Shown here: positions 27,408 to 36,520 of the stretch, one piece after another
Position numbering within the stretch: the stretch's first letter is position 1
Layout of the letters: each line of letters starts with the position of its first letter
Virus record (IMG/VR): IMGVR_UViG_3300037116_000299
Span: 1-64,000 of that record
Length of the DNA: 64,000 bases
Direction: 5' to 3' (one strand)
The notes under the pieces: generated by a model
Database searches by the model: none
Seen by the model: the letters and a program-made list of their open reading frames with translations, nothing else
Told to the model about the DNA's origin: nothing
Made by a program: the position numbers and the translations under genes

Positions 27408-27986
27408 TTACTCTCCCGTGAGGTACCCAAGTACGCGAGCGAAGTCGGTTTCCATAAACACCACGACTCCAACTCCATGTTTGTTACGCAGGACCAGTCC
27501 GCCGATCGGCTTTCCAGCGCGCTGCGCGTCTTCCCGAACCTTCCGCATCTCCGACAAGGAGACGACTGGGTTCTCGTTCTTCGATTGATTCTTGTTGTCG
27601 AGCGTGATCATGCCGGCGCTCATGTCGCCGTCCTTGAAACTGCGGCCGGAGTTGATGGTCGGAGTCACGTTCAGCTTCTTGACGGCCTGCGACTCGGAGT
27701 ACGCGGCCCGTTTACCGAGCGAACGCTTCGTCCGGTCGACGCCGAGGCGTTTGGTCAGACTGGCGGCTGCCTTGTCCTTCCGCTTGGTCAGCTTCTCCTG
27801 TTCCAGAACAGGATGCCGATCGCGCGGATTGATAGGACGCCATTGCGTTGTCGTGACATGTGGATTGTCCGAGGCCAGGCGGCAGTCGTTACAGTGAGCA
27901 CTGCCCTTCCCCATGTTGCTGACGGAATACTTACATCGGGAACCCACAGAACACTCTGTGGGCTCCCCGATCCGAAACAAAGCCAC
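27408..27986 (-). CDS. Cys-rich N-terminus + Hjc-like PD-(D/E)XK nuclease
   Basis: C..C..CNDC; SE..NSGRSFKDGD..LDNK. Confidence 0.6.
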   Translation of the reverse strand: MALFRIGEPTECSVGSRCKYSVSNMGKGSAHCNDCRLASDNPHVTTTQWRPINPRDRHPVLEQEKLTKRKDKAAASLTKRLGVDRTKRSLGKRAAYSESQAVKKLNVTPTINSGRSFKDGDMSAGMITLDNKNQSKNENPVVSLSEMRKVREDAQRAGKPIGGLVLRNKHGVGVVVFMETDFARVLGYLTGE

Positions 27987-27994
27987 GATCGCTC

Positions 27995-29272
27995 CTATGC
28001 TGCGGTTGGAAGAGCAGATTCGACCTGCTCCTCGCTGGCGAGATCCTCCGACTCGGCCGCGGCCGCTTCGTCAACCTCTTCGACACCAACCTCGACATCC
28101 TCGCCATCGATCAGGTTGACGATGTACTGCCAGGCAGCCTGGCCGTACGCCGAATCCCCTGTCAACAGCCGGTACGTCGCCAATTCACCCTGGCCCTTGA
28201 AGCTGGCATTCTTCTTCTTCTCCTCGATGTTCTTGCCTTCGCCGAGGATGTAATGCCAGCCGCCCTTCTGCACCGAAAGGATGCCCAGAGCGATTGCCTG
28301 GTTGAAGTAGGAGTAGGTCGTCGACATGCCTTCCCCGTTGATGTAATACAGGTCAACGAAGCGGCCCTTGTCGCCGATCTTGTTCTTGATGATCTTCACG
28401 CGGCAGATGAAGCCGTACGGCTTGCCGTCATCTCCACCCTCCTTCAGGGTCTTGATGTCGGACAGTTCCCAGCGCATCGTGGCGTAGAACGGCAGCGCCT
28501 TGCCTCCGCTGGTGACGTAGGTCGTGCCGCCGGATGGGTTGTAAGCGCCCACAGCCATGCGGGTTTGGTTGCACCACGCGCAGCACGCGCGGTAATTCTT
28601 GTTCTCACGGAAAAAGGCGCTGAGCTTCTTGGAGATGCCGCCAACCTGACGGTTGTCTTCCACTTCCTTGAGCGCATCGTCCTTTGAAGCGAGAGCATCG
28701 ATTGAATCAATGATCAGGAAGTCGAACACATTCATCGCCTTCTTCACGATTCCCAACACGTCGTCGCAGTAGAGGTCAATCTTCTCCGGCTCGTCGTCAT
28801 TGAAGCTGAAATGCGAACGCAACAGCCGCACGGGGTAAAGATTGTCGCCGCATTCGGCCGCGGTGGTCTTCAATCCGTTCAACGTCATGTACGCCGTCGT
28901 GATGGTCTGCTCGATGTCCGCGATGCCGACCCGGAAACCCAGCGATTGCAGGACCGCTGCAATCTTGAGCAACAGGGAAGTCTTGCCCGAACTCTCCTTC
29001 TTGGAGAAGACCTCTACGTGCCGGGCGCGCGGCATTCCGCTCTTACCCTGAGCAGCCAGCTGCTCATTGATGGCGGCGTCCAGATCGGGGAAGCCTGTGG
29101 TCATGCATTCAACGTCCATGCCAATCAGGTTCTCCGCCAGCTGTAGCGCGTCTGCCAGTCCGAGTCCTTCGAGTTCCTTCTCAAAGAGATCGTTCTTTGT
29201 CTTGGGGAGTTCCTCGACCTCTTCAGCCTTCGCTTTCCCCTTCTTCTTCGGTGCTGCCTTAGCTTTCGCCAT
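27995..29272 (-). CDS. recA: RecA/UvsX recombinase
   Basis: TTGFPDLD, KESSGKTS, IIDSIDAL, NQTR, TSGGKALPFYA, IIKNK. Confidence 0.9.
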   Translation of the reverse strand: MAKAKAAPKKKGKAKAEEVEELPKTKNDLFEKELEGLGLADALQLAENLIGMDVECMTTGFPDLDAAINEQLAAQGKSGMPRARHVEVFSKKESSGKTSLLLKIAAVLQSLGFRVGIADIEQTITTAYMTLNGLKTTAAECGDNLYPVRLLRSHFSFNDDEPEKIDLYCDDVLGIVKKAMNVFDFLIIDSIDALASKDDALKEVEDNRQVGGISKKLSAFFRENKNYRACCAWCNQTRMAVGAYNPSGGTTYVTSGGKALPFYATMRWELSDIKTLKEGGDDGKPYGFICRVKIIKNKIGDKGRFVDLYYINGEGMSTTYSYFNQAIALGILSVQKGGWHYILGEGKNIEEKKKNASFKGQGELATYRLLTGDSAYGQAAWQYIVNLIDGEDVEVGVEEVDEAAAAESEDLASEEQVESALPTAA

Positions 29273-29287
29273 GAATCACTTCCCTTT

Positions 29288-29770
29288 CTATGAAAAGCGT
29301 CCGTTCGGACGGCCATTGTCTTCGAGTCCAGCCAACTTCTTGCAGAGGTTCACGCGGGAATCGATGCTGTAGATCAGGCCTTCCAGCCAGGTCTCCAGAC
29401 CGACGAACCCAGCAGTCAACCGCTTCTGATACGCCGCGCGCTCGAACTCCGTGACGCCCTTGGTGCGGGCGACGATGAAGTGATCGCTCTTGCAGTGCTC
29501 GACGAAGCACTTGGCCAGTGAATGCCAGCGGGACGTGCGTTCCCGCCAGCGTTCCACCTCGGTCATGTGATCGAGCTGGCTGATGACGTCCGTCGACCGG
29601 ACATCCTGGCCGAGGAGACGGATCAGCGGAGCGCCGGCCTCGTAGATCGCGTCCTCAAACTTGGCGAGTTCCGCGACCAGGTCCTCTTCTTTCGTGAGGG
29701 CCAGGATCTGCCGGACCCGGCTGACCGGAGCGACCTTCGGCTTGGGGAAAGTAATGGTGCTAGCTGCCAC
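29288..29770 (-). CDS. helical protein, possible UvsY-like recombination mediator
   Basis: Coiled-coil character; immediately upstream of recA; function inferred from position only. Confidence 0.55.
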   Translation of the reverse strand: MAASTITFPKPKVAPVSRVRQILALTKEEDLVAELAKFEDAIYEAGAPLIRLLGQDVRSTDVISQLDHMTEVERWRERTSRWHSLAKCFVEHCKSDHFIVARTKGVTEFERAAYQKRLTAGFVGLETWLEGLIYSIDSRVNLCKKLAGLEDNGRPNGRFS

Positions 29771-29954
29771 AAATCACCTCATTCTTGATGGTTGCGACAA
29801 CCTGGGACGCTGGCAGTTGATCCTGCACGTACTTCTGGATATCCCGGGCCATCTGTTGAATCTTCTCGACCGTGGTTTCGGGCGGGAAGACCAGGCTTGC
29901 CCTGATCTCCAACAGCGCCGACCCCATGACGTACTGCTTCTTCTTGTTAGCCAA
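29760..29954 (-). CDS. small hypothetical protein
   Basis: Overlaps both neighbours in the operon. Confidence 0.55.
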   Translation of the reverse strand: MANKKKQYVMGSALLEIRASLVFPPETTVEKIQQMARDIQKYVQDQLPASQVVATIKNEVICGS

Positions 29955-31224
29955 AGGTCACCTCGGCCGCGGGATCGAGCAGCAGGGACTGCAGATCGAT
30001 GAGCGTGTACTCCAACTCCGGACGTGAGACCTTCAGGCAGTGACCCGCCACCGAGCAGTAGCTGCACTGCCAGTCGCCGATCCTCTGAATCTTGTTCTTG
30101 TTGTAGTCGGCGAACTTGGTCTTGCCGATCTCCTTGTGCTCGTGGAGCAGCTTGATCCGCTCCGGAGAGTAGGACCACTCGTACTCCGCCGGTGGCCAGT
30201 AGTCGTTCGGCAGGGCGCGCACTTCGTTCTCGAGATGCTTCAGGTAGGCCAGCTCGGCCGCCTGCTCATCCTTCGACTTCTTGATCGGGATCTCGACTTC
30301 CATCACATCCTGGGCGCAGAAGACCAGCTTCAACGTCGGAGGCGGCTGGATGCCACGATCGGACAGGTTCTGGGCGGCGGCGCCGCGGGCGCGGAACCAG
30401 TAGCCCTGGATGGTCTTATACCGGGTGTAGATCGATTCCAGGTTGAAGACCTTGAAGGGCACGCCATCGACCATCGGATAATGAGCACCGTCGAAGTCCT
30501 CGAAGATCTCGATGGTGAACTCCTTGCGGGAGGCATCGCCGCGGTCGACGTAGATCAGCTTGGCGCCAATCGGGCCGTCGTCCATCGACTCCACCATCTC
30601 CATGTCCGCTTCGCAGCGGTAGCGATGCTCGAAGGGAATTCCCTGGACGGCCAGTTCATGCTGCTTCTTGTTCATGGCCATCGTGTCGTCGAGCGACTTG
30701 CGGATCATTGCCTTCAGCCTCATGCCCGTGCGGGCTTCGAGGAGATAGAGGCATATCTGCATCAGGTTTTCGTACTTCGGTTTGTTCTCCGTTTCGATCT
30801 GTTTCTTGGCGAAGTAGCCGGAGTAGGACTTGATCTCGCAAAGCCAGCCGCGCTTGTCCACCGGGTCAATGGTGATGACGTCGAACTCGAGCGAGAGGGT
30901 GATGTCCCGGATGAAGTGCTTGACCCCGTTGGCCGCATAGATATTGGCCATCTTGGTCTGCTCGGTCAGGTTCGACTCAATCTCCCGGCCCATAACCCAT
31001 TTCCAGGCGCTGGTGGCGTCGGTGGGATTGGTGATGGAGAAGCCCATCATGCGCATATAAGCCGCACGGTGGCACTTGCCCGCGATGTTCCACAGGGTCT
31101 TGTCGACCCGCAGAGCGGATGCCTCGGACGGCCAGACTGCCGGCGTCTTGGAGGCGTAGGGTTCACCCATCTCGAACGCGATCAGGGCTGGATCGAGGTG
31201 CTTGAAGATCTCAAATTGAGCCAT
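29947..31224 (-). CDS. Cas4-like PD-(D/E)XK exonuclease with Fe-S staple (solo)
   Basis: GKCHR; EFD..CEIKS; QICLY; WQCSYCSVAGHC. Confidence 0.8.
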   Translation of the reverse strand: MAQFEIFKHLDPALIAFEMGEPYASKTPAVWPSEASALRVDKTLWNIAGKCHRAAYMRMMGFSITNPTDATSAWKWVMGREIESNLTEQTKMANIYAANGVKHFIRDITLSLEFDVITIDPVDKRGWLCEIKSYSGYFAKKQIETENKPKYENLMQICLYLLEARTGMRLKAMIRKSLDDTMAMNKKQHELAVQGIPFEHRYRCEADMEMVESMDDGPIGAKLIYVDRGDASRKEFTIEIFEDFDGAHYPMVDGVPFKVFNLESIYTRYKTIQGYWFRARGAAAQNLSDRGIQPPPTLKLVFCAQDVMEVEIPIKKSKDEQAAELAYLKHLENEVRALPNDYWPPAEYEWSYSPERIKLLHEHKEIGKTKFADYNKNKIQRIGDWQCSYCSVAGHCLKVSRPELEYTLIDLQSLLLDPAAEVTFG

Positions 31225-31231
31225 AGTTTCC

Positions 31232-31951
31232 TTATGCTGCGAGTGTTGCGATGATTGGTTTCTGGTAATGCGGGCAGTGACTTTCAAAGCCCGCGATTCT
31301 CATGCCCTCGATACGGGCGGCAATTCTGGGGAAGCCGTGGTCGATGTGGCCGGCGATGGGATACGACCCGTCGCAGGTCTGGAAGATCACAGAACCGTCC
31401 GGCTGCACCGCCAGGCGCAGTGGTCTGGTGTCCCAGTCACAGCGCTGACTGCAGGCGATCGGCCGACCCGCCAGGCGTCCCATGGGAAGGAACTCGGTCT
31501 CAGCTGCCTTGATCTCGAACTGTTCCGGGTAACGCTCGCAGAACTTGGCCAGGATCTCGGCGTTCTGGACCCGCTGATGAGCGGCCGTAGAACTGACGAA
31601 GACCTTGAATCCGAAGTGTTTGGCGTACCACTTCACGATGGTGGCGTCATGCTGGTCCCTCGACCAGTAGCCGTTCGAGATCATGAACTTGGGCTTGTCC
31701 TGTGGCAGCCAACCCATGATTCCGGCATTCTCGTTGAGGAACATCGTTGGTTCGCCGCCATAGAAGCCGAACGAATTGATGCGGTCCATCGGAATGGTTT
31801 GGATGAAGTCATAGAGCGCGCTCAGGCTCAAGCGATCTTTGACCTCGGGGCCGGAACTATACATGCAGAACGGGCAGCGCAGGTTGCACTCCCGCGAGTA
31901 CATGAAACTGAGATCGAAGAGATTGGAGGTTCCCTGTAGGTTCCAGACCAT
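31232..31951 (-). CDS. radical SAM protein
   Basis: CNLRCPFC, YGGEP, ISNGYW, GR..CSQRC..C. Confidence 0.9.
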   Translation of the reverse strand: MVWNLQGTSNLFDLSFMYSRECNLRCPFCMYSSGPEVKDRLSLSALYDFIQTIPMDRINSFGFYGGEPTMFLNENAGIMGWLPQDKPKFMISNGYWSRDQHDATIVKWYAKHFGFKVFVSSTAAHQRVQNAEILAKFCERYPEQFEIKAAETEFLPMGRLAGRPIACSQRCDWDTRPLRLAVQPDGSVIFQTCDGSYPIAGHIDHGFPRIAARIEGMRIAGFESHCPHYQKPIIATLAA

Positions 31952-32160
31952 CAGAAAGCCTCCGCGCGTCGCATGGAATCGGCGGTAAAACCAAGGCCCC
32001 AGATCACCATCACGAGTTGGCCGATCTGCGCCCAAACCGGGCCGTGCTCAACAATCGTCTGGTGAAGGGCAAACAGATTCGTAAGCGTCAGCAGCAGGCA
32101 CAGGAATCCAAAGCCCTGCCAGGCGATTCTGCCCGGAATTACTTCGTTGATTGGTCTCAT
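31951..32160 (-). CDS. small 2-TM membrane protein
   Basis: Two hydrophobic segments; TGATG coupling to the radical SAM gene. Confidence 0.6.
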   Translation of the reverse strand: MRPINEVIPGRIAWQGFGFLCLLLTLTNLFALHQTIVEHGPVWAQIGQLVMVIWGLGFTADSMRRAEAF

Positions 32161-32188
32161 ATCTCCCCAACATACTGTCAGTACGGAA

Positions 32189-32214
32189 GGCACCAAAGCT
32201 TGCGCCTTGGTGCC
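32189..32214 (-). terminator. hairpin with GCAA tetraloop after the AAA gene (weak U tract); overlaps a promoter-like motif
   Basis: mRNA GGCACCAAGGC-GCAA-GCUUUGGUGCC-UUCC. Confidence 0.55.
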
Positions 32215-32220
32215 CCCAGG

Positions 32221-34185
32221 TTATGCAGCGTCTGCCAGCTGCAGTTCTTCAGCCCGAGCGATCCAGTCCAACGGGCAGTAGTCGAAGTTGTCGACATGCA
32301 CCAGCGCCAGGTTGATCATCTTCTCCACTTCGCGAGTGTTCGGGACCACCACCTTGAAGGCGTGGTTCCAATCGTCCAGCTGAATGGTGAGGTCGAGCTT
32401 GCCGTCAAGCTTGCGGTCCTGGCGAGTCATCCTGCGATAGGCTGACACCAGGAGCTGCTCGATCTCAGCGCCGGTCCAGATCCTCTTCTTGTCGAAGAGA
32501 AGCTGACCCAGACCCTGTCCAGGCTTGTCCTTGGTGGCTTCCAGTTCCGGCGACAGAACCATCTTCTGTTTCCGAGTCTGGGCAGCCAGGATCGACCAGC
32601 GTCCCTTGTTGTCGCCCTTGACAGGCGGCAGCATGGGAATCTTGACGTCGATACGGCCAGCACGAATCAGGGCAGCGTCGAGCAGGTCAGGCCGGTTGCT
32701 GGCCATCAGGGCAACAACCTTGCCCTGGCGCCCAGGATCGGACAACCATGTCATCAAGTTGTTGAACATGCGGGCCGAGGTTCCGGAGTCGCCGCCGCCG
32801 GAGCGGCCGCTCGAAAGGACTGAGTCGACTTCGTCAAAGAACGCGATGCAGGGCGCCGCGGCTTCAATCGCCTCGATCAGCTTGCGCATGTTCTTCTCGG
32901 TCTCTCCAACAATGCCACCGAATACCTTCCCGAGATCGACCTGCAGGAAGTTGACACCAGCCTCGTAGGCCAGAGCCCAGGCGATCATGGTCTTGCCGGT
33001 GCCCGGAGGTCCGGTCATCAGGGCGCCGCGGGAGCAAAGCTTGCGGTTCCCTTCCTTGAGAGGCTTGATGATCTCCCAGCGACAGTAGTCCTTGAAGTGC
33101 TCGTGACCGCCGATCTGGTCGAAGCCGAAGGTGGGTTCCTTGATGTCCAGGATCCCGCCGTACTCGTCGTCCAGCGCCCGCTTCTTGCGTTCCTGCACCA
33201 TCGGGAAGTCCAGAGGGATGCGGGACCGCCAGGAGTTGAGGATCACGTCCTTGAGCTGCTTGCGATTCATGCCGGCCGACTGGTTGGCAAACTCGGCCAG
33301 GTTGAAGTCGGAAGCGAAGTCGATGCCGCGAACCTCGAGATTGTCCCCTACCTTCAGGGCCCCATCCAGCTCCACCTTGCGGAGGATCGACTGGTTGAAG
33401 TTGGTGATCCACTCAGTACGGTCCTGCAGATTCGGCTTGCGAACCACGTGACTGACTGCCAGCTCTCCGCGGATCGAGTCCTGAATGTCCGAGATGTGCC
33501 GGGTCATCAGGATGATCCGGTTCCGGGATCCAAGGACAGTGTCCTGGGCCCAGTTGCGGGCATTGATGATGGCCGCACGGTCCTGGACCAGGTTGGCGAT
33601 CTCGCCGCGCGGAAAGAGTGCGTCCGCGTCGGTGATGACCAGGGTCATGACCAGTTCCTTGCGTAAGGTTTGCTGCTGTGCCTTGCGGACCTCGTTGTCC
33701 ATCAGGATCTGCTTGGAGATCGAGAACCACTTGTTGAACAGCATCATGGCGGAGTCAGGGCTGCCGGGGTGGAAGTAGTCTTCTCCCATCTCGTTGATCG
33801 CCTCATCGCCCATGATCTGCTTGAAGGCGTCCTTGAACATCTCGTAGCTGCGGGTGTCCGGAAACTCCAGGCCCTGCGAGGTGTTGTAGAACGCCATGAC
33901 TCGGACCTTCTCCGAGACTCGGGCGTTGGTCTGCTGGACGCCGATCTCCTGGCTGTCGGGGCGCGCGTCCGGGTTCAGGCCGCGCTGGATGTTGTCATCG
34001 AAGTTGCAGGCCAGAACCTTCTTGATGCCAAGATTGCTGCCGGCGTTATCGACGAAGTCGTAGATGTTGCCGTACAGGAGGAACAGGTGCGAGATCTGCG
34101 CCTGATAGTCATCCTTGATAGCGCGGATGAAGTCAGGTTCGCCGCGCTGGATCACTCGGGTCGGTCGTGTCGTTCTGGGTGGCAT
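32221..34185 (-). CDS. AAA+ ATPase (Ycf46/CDC48-like; degenerate N-terminal + active C-terminal AAA module)
   Basis: FDQIGG, GPPGTGKT, GIVGETEKN, FFDEVD, ASNRPDLLDAALIRAGRID. Confidence 0.92.
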   Translation of the reverse strand: MPPRTTRPTRVIQRGEPDFIRAIKDDYQAQISHLFLLYGNIYDFVDNAGSNLGIKKVLACNFDDNIQRGLNPDARPDSQEIGVQQTNARVSEKVRVMAFYNTSQGLEFPDTRSYEMFKDAFKQIMGDEAINEMGEDYFHPGSPDSAMMLFNKWFSISKQILMDNEVRKAQQQTLRKELVMTLVITDADALFPRGEIANLVQDRAAIINARNWAQDTVLGSRNRIILMTRHISDIQDSIRGELAVSHVVRKPNLQDRTEWITNFNQSILRKVELDGALKVGDNLEVRGIDFASDFNLAEFANQSAGMNRKQLKDVILNSWRSRIPLDFPMVQERKKRALDDEYGGILDIKEPTFGFDQIGGHEHFKDYCRWEIIKPLKEGNRKLCSRGALMTGPPGTGKTMIAWALAYEAGVNFLQVDLGKVFGGIVGETEKNMRKLIEAIEAAAPCIAFFDEVDSVLSSGRSGGGDSGTSARMFNNLMTWLSDPGRQGKVVALMASNRPDLLDAALIRAGRIDVKIPMLPPVKGDNKGRWSILAAQTRKQKMVLSPELEATKDKPGQGLGQLLFDKKRIWTGAEIEQLLVSAYRRMTRQDRKLDGKLDLTIQLDDWNHAFKVVVPNTREVEKMINLALVHVDNFDYCPLDWIARAEELQLADAA

Positions 34186-34429
34186 TGGATACCTCAATGA
34201 ATTCGGACATGGCGAGCTGCCCGGGGCCGTTGGTTGACGGCATGTCCCGCAGGAATCGCTCGCGTGTGATGTAGTGTTCGAGATATGCCTGCAGTGCTGA
34301 CGTTTCGTCAGACGCAACCATCAGGCATTGTCGATAGATAGGGTCTTCCTCGATGCGTTCCATGTCGAGGGAGATCCGGGCCATCAAGCCGAGGCGCACC
34401 TCGAGCAGGTCTTCGGGACTGCGAGCCAC
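34133..34429 (-). CDS. hypothetical protein
   Basis: AAGGAG SD; in operon. Confidence 0.55.
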   Translation of the reverse strand: MARSPEDLLEVRLGLMARISLDMERIEEDPIYRQCLMVASDETSALQAYLEHYITRERFLRDMPSTNGPGQLAMSEFIEVSNATQNDTTDPSDPARRT

Positions 34430-34431
34430 GG

Positions 34432-34662
34432 CTACTCCTTTGCGGTGATGCTTTCGGAGCGAACCTTGGACGCAGTCAGCGTTCCAATCGAAACGCCCAG
34501 GGCCAGATGGTCGATCGCTTTGCCGCGGAGCTGCTTGCGCAGCAGTTTGCCTGCATCCTCGGCATTGTCGGCGACCATCTTCTTCTTTAGCCGGAAGGTG
34601 CCGGTCACCTGACCGGACACCTCGACTGTGAACTCGTGAAACCTATGCTGCTTCTTGGACAC
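34432..34662 (-). CDS. small basic hypothetical protein
   Basis: GTG with GGAGG SD; C-terminal part of track ORF 34432..35187. Confidence 0.55.
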   Translation of the reverse strand: MSKKQHRFHEFTVEVSGQVTGTFRLKKKMVADNAEDAGKLLRKQLRGKAIDHLALGVSIGTLTASKVRSESITAKE

Positions 34663-35257
34663 AGTTGGCCTCCAATCCGCCGATGTTGAACCGCAGCGCC
34701 TTGAGAATCGAGTACGCGTGCAGTGCGCCAGTGAGCGCCCCATGTGGTTTCGGCTCGGCTGGCAGGCCCAAGGCCTCGGCAACATAGTCCTTGCCCAGCT
34801 TGGCTTGTGGTCCGAGGATTCCCCAGGCAATGCTGGGAAGATCGAGCAAGTGGCGATCGAATGGACCAAAGCGCTTGAGGTCGTCATCGTTGTTATGGGG
34901 GAAGTAGGAATGGATCGGAGGCTGGATGAAGCCAAGCTCGAAGTGAGCATTCCACGACGACATGATCGCGTTCCGGCCGAACTCGAAGAACGAAGTCCAG
35001 GCATCCCGCCGGCGGACAGCGAATTGCCACCGCTCAGGGGTGTAGCCGTTGACCTCGAGGGCTTTGGGCTGAGCCAGCTCAAGACGCCAGGGCTCGATCT
35101 TGACCTGGAACGTGCTCTGGATCGCCAGCGTTCGCTGATGACAGAGGACTGCGCCGATCTCGAGGACATCGTGAATCGCGGGGTCAAGACCAGTGGTTTC
35201 GAGGTCCAGGATCAGCAGGGGACGATCTTGAAAGCTATACTTCTTCGCTTCAGGCAC
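34643..35257 (-). CDS. DEDDh 3'-5' exonuclease (DnaQ/RNase T-like)
   Basis: ILDLETTGLD, EIGAV, WNAHFE, LLD, HGALTGA (two expected Asp appear substituted). Confidence 0.85.
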   Translation of the reverse strand: MPEAKKYSFQDRPLLILDLETTGLDPAIHDVLEIGAVLCHQRTLAIQSTFQVKIEPWRLELAQPKALEVNGYTPERWQFAVRRRDAWTSFFEFGRNAIMSSWNAHFELGFIQPPIHSYFPHNNDDDLKRFGPFDRHLLDLPSIAWGILGPQAKLGKDYVAEALGLPAEPKPHGALTGALHAYSILKALRFNIGGLEANCVQEAA

Positions 35258-35909
35258 AGGCCAGCTCCAGTTCACCCTCATCTTCGTCGCGAGGGTGGTC
35301 AATCGGGTCCAGCGTCTCCGGGAAACCGGTGATCTGGATCAGACCGTCATCTAGGTTCACGTCCATTTCGACGATGTTGTTCGGGTTGAGGTCCTTGGAG
35401 GAGTAACGCTTGGTCAGGAAGTGAACTTCCTGGTTGCGCGAACCACACAAGGGCTTGTCGTCGCAGCGCTGCAGTTCGTTGTAGCGGCCGGCGATGATGA
35501 AGTCCATGCGGCTCAGGATTTCCTTGGCCAGCTTGGCGTCGCCGGGCACCATCATGCCCAGGCCTGGGTTCCACCACTGGAACTTGCCTGCTTCCAGCTC
35601 CTGGCGGGTGTATCCGGTGAAGCTGCCAACTGTGAATCCAGGTCGGCGCTCCTTGAGATAGTCGATCAGTACGTTCAACGCGGGCGCCTGCTGGAAGGGC
35701 TCTCCACCGGAGAACGTCACACCTTCAACGTCCTGCGCAAGGATCCAATCCGCGACCTCGCTGATCAGCATGTCCTTCTCGGGTGCAAAGGCATGGGTCT
35801 CGGGATTCCAACAGCTGGCGCACTTCAAGGTGCATCCCTGGAGCCATACCACGCTTCGTTCTCCGGGCCCATTGGCTCCGGATCGTGCAATCTTGTTGTG
35901 GATAAACAT
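35250..35909 (-). CDS. NrdG/PflA-like radical SAM protein (4Fe-4S single cluster)
   Basis: NGPGER..WLQGCTLKCASCWN, GVTFSGGEPFQQ, GSRNQ. Confidence 0.9.
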   Translation of the reverse strand: MFIHNKIARSGANGPGERSVVWLQGCTLKCASCWNPETHAFAPEKDMLISEVADWILAQDVEGVTFSGGEPFQQAPALNVLIDYLKERRPGFTVGSFTGYTRQELEAGKFQWWNPGLGMMVPGDAKLAKEILSRMDFIIAGRYNELQRCDDKPLCGSRNQEVHFLTKRYSSKDLNPNNIVEMDVNLDDGLIQITGFPETLDPIDHPRDEDEGELELACA

Positions 35910-35925
35910 CGGTTGTTCCCTTTCC

Positions 35926-36273
35926 CTAACTCGGCTTGCGCAAACCCTTGAAGCCTGCCGGATCTTCCTCGGTTAGCTCGGCGATCCGCTTCAGCAGTTG
36001 TTGATTGACCAGCTCGAGAGCCATCACCTCGGCGGTTTTGATCCGCGAACGGGTCACGCACGTGAGGCATTCGATGATCTCGAGTTCGAACATGTGGATC
36101 TTGCCCAACTCGGTGTGGACTAGCGCGCCGTTCTGCCAGTCCTCTTTTCGGTCGATCTGGCTATTGCCGATCAACACATAGCTTGTGGAGCCGCACCGCG
36201 GACATTTGATATCACTGCCATCAATGTCCGCGGCGCTCACAAATTGCTCCATCATTACCAGCACTTCGGCCAC
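35926..36273 (-). CDS. zinc-ribbon protein
   Basis: CPRCGS..CLTC. Confidence 0.65.
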   Translation of the reverse strand: MAEVLVMMEQFVSAADIDGSDIKCPRCGSTSYVLIGNSQIDRKEDWQNGALVHTELGKIHMFELEIIECLTCVTRSRIKTAEVMALELVNQQLLKRIAELTEEDPAGFKGLRKPS

Positions 36274-36279
36274 TGGAAG

Positions 36280-36477
36280 CTACCGCCCGTTGGTCAGAGC
36301 GTTGCCCTGACCCTGGCAGGGAGCTGCGCCCGGCTTCGGCGTGTCTTTGGTGACGGTGCCCATGGTTTCGAAGGCTTTCTGGACAGCTGCACAGCCGTTG
36401 CCCTGGAAGCCGTCGGTGTCGACCGTGAACTCCTTGTCGGTCACGTTCACGTCGATTGTGATGAGTTTTCTCGGCAT
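36280..36477 (-). CDS. DUF2997-like protein
   Basis: ITIDV..TVDTDGFQGNGC..F..MG. Confidence 0.75.
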   Translation of the reverse strand: MPRKLITIDVNVTDKEFTVDTDGFQGNGCAAVQKAFETMGTVTKDTPKPGAAPCQGQGNALTNGR

Positions 36478-36520
36478 CTTCTTTACCTTTCTAGGTGGTG
36501 AGGGAGGGTGAAGCGGGCGC

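Noticed and set aside
29947-31224. CRISPR-Cas locus suggested by the Cas4-like gene
   Set aside because: No repeat-spacer array or other cas genes seen; solo Cas4-like nucleases are common in phages.
35250-35909. Anaerobic RNR activase (nrdG) assignment
   Set aside because: No nrdD in the window and the context is the AAA/DUF1257 module; symbol withheld.
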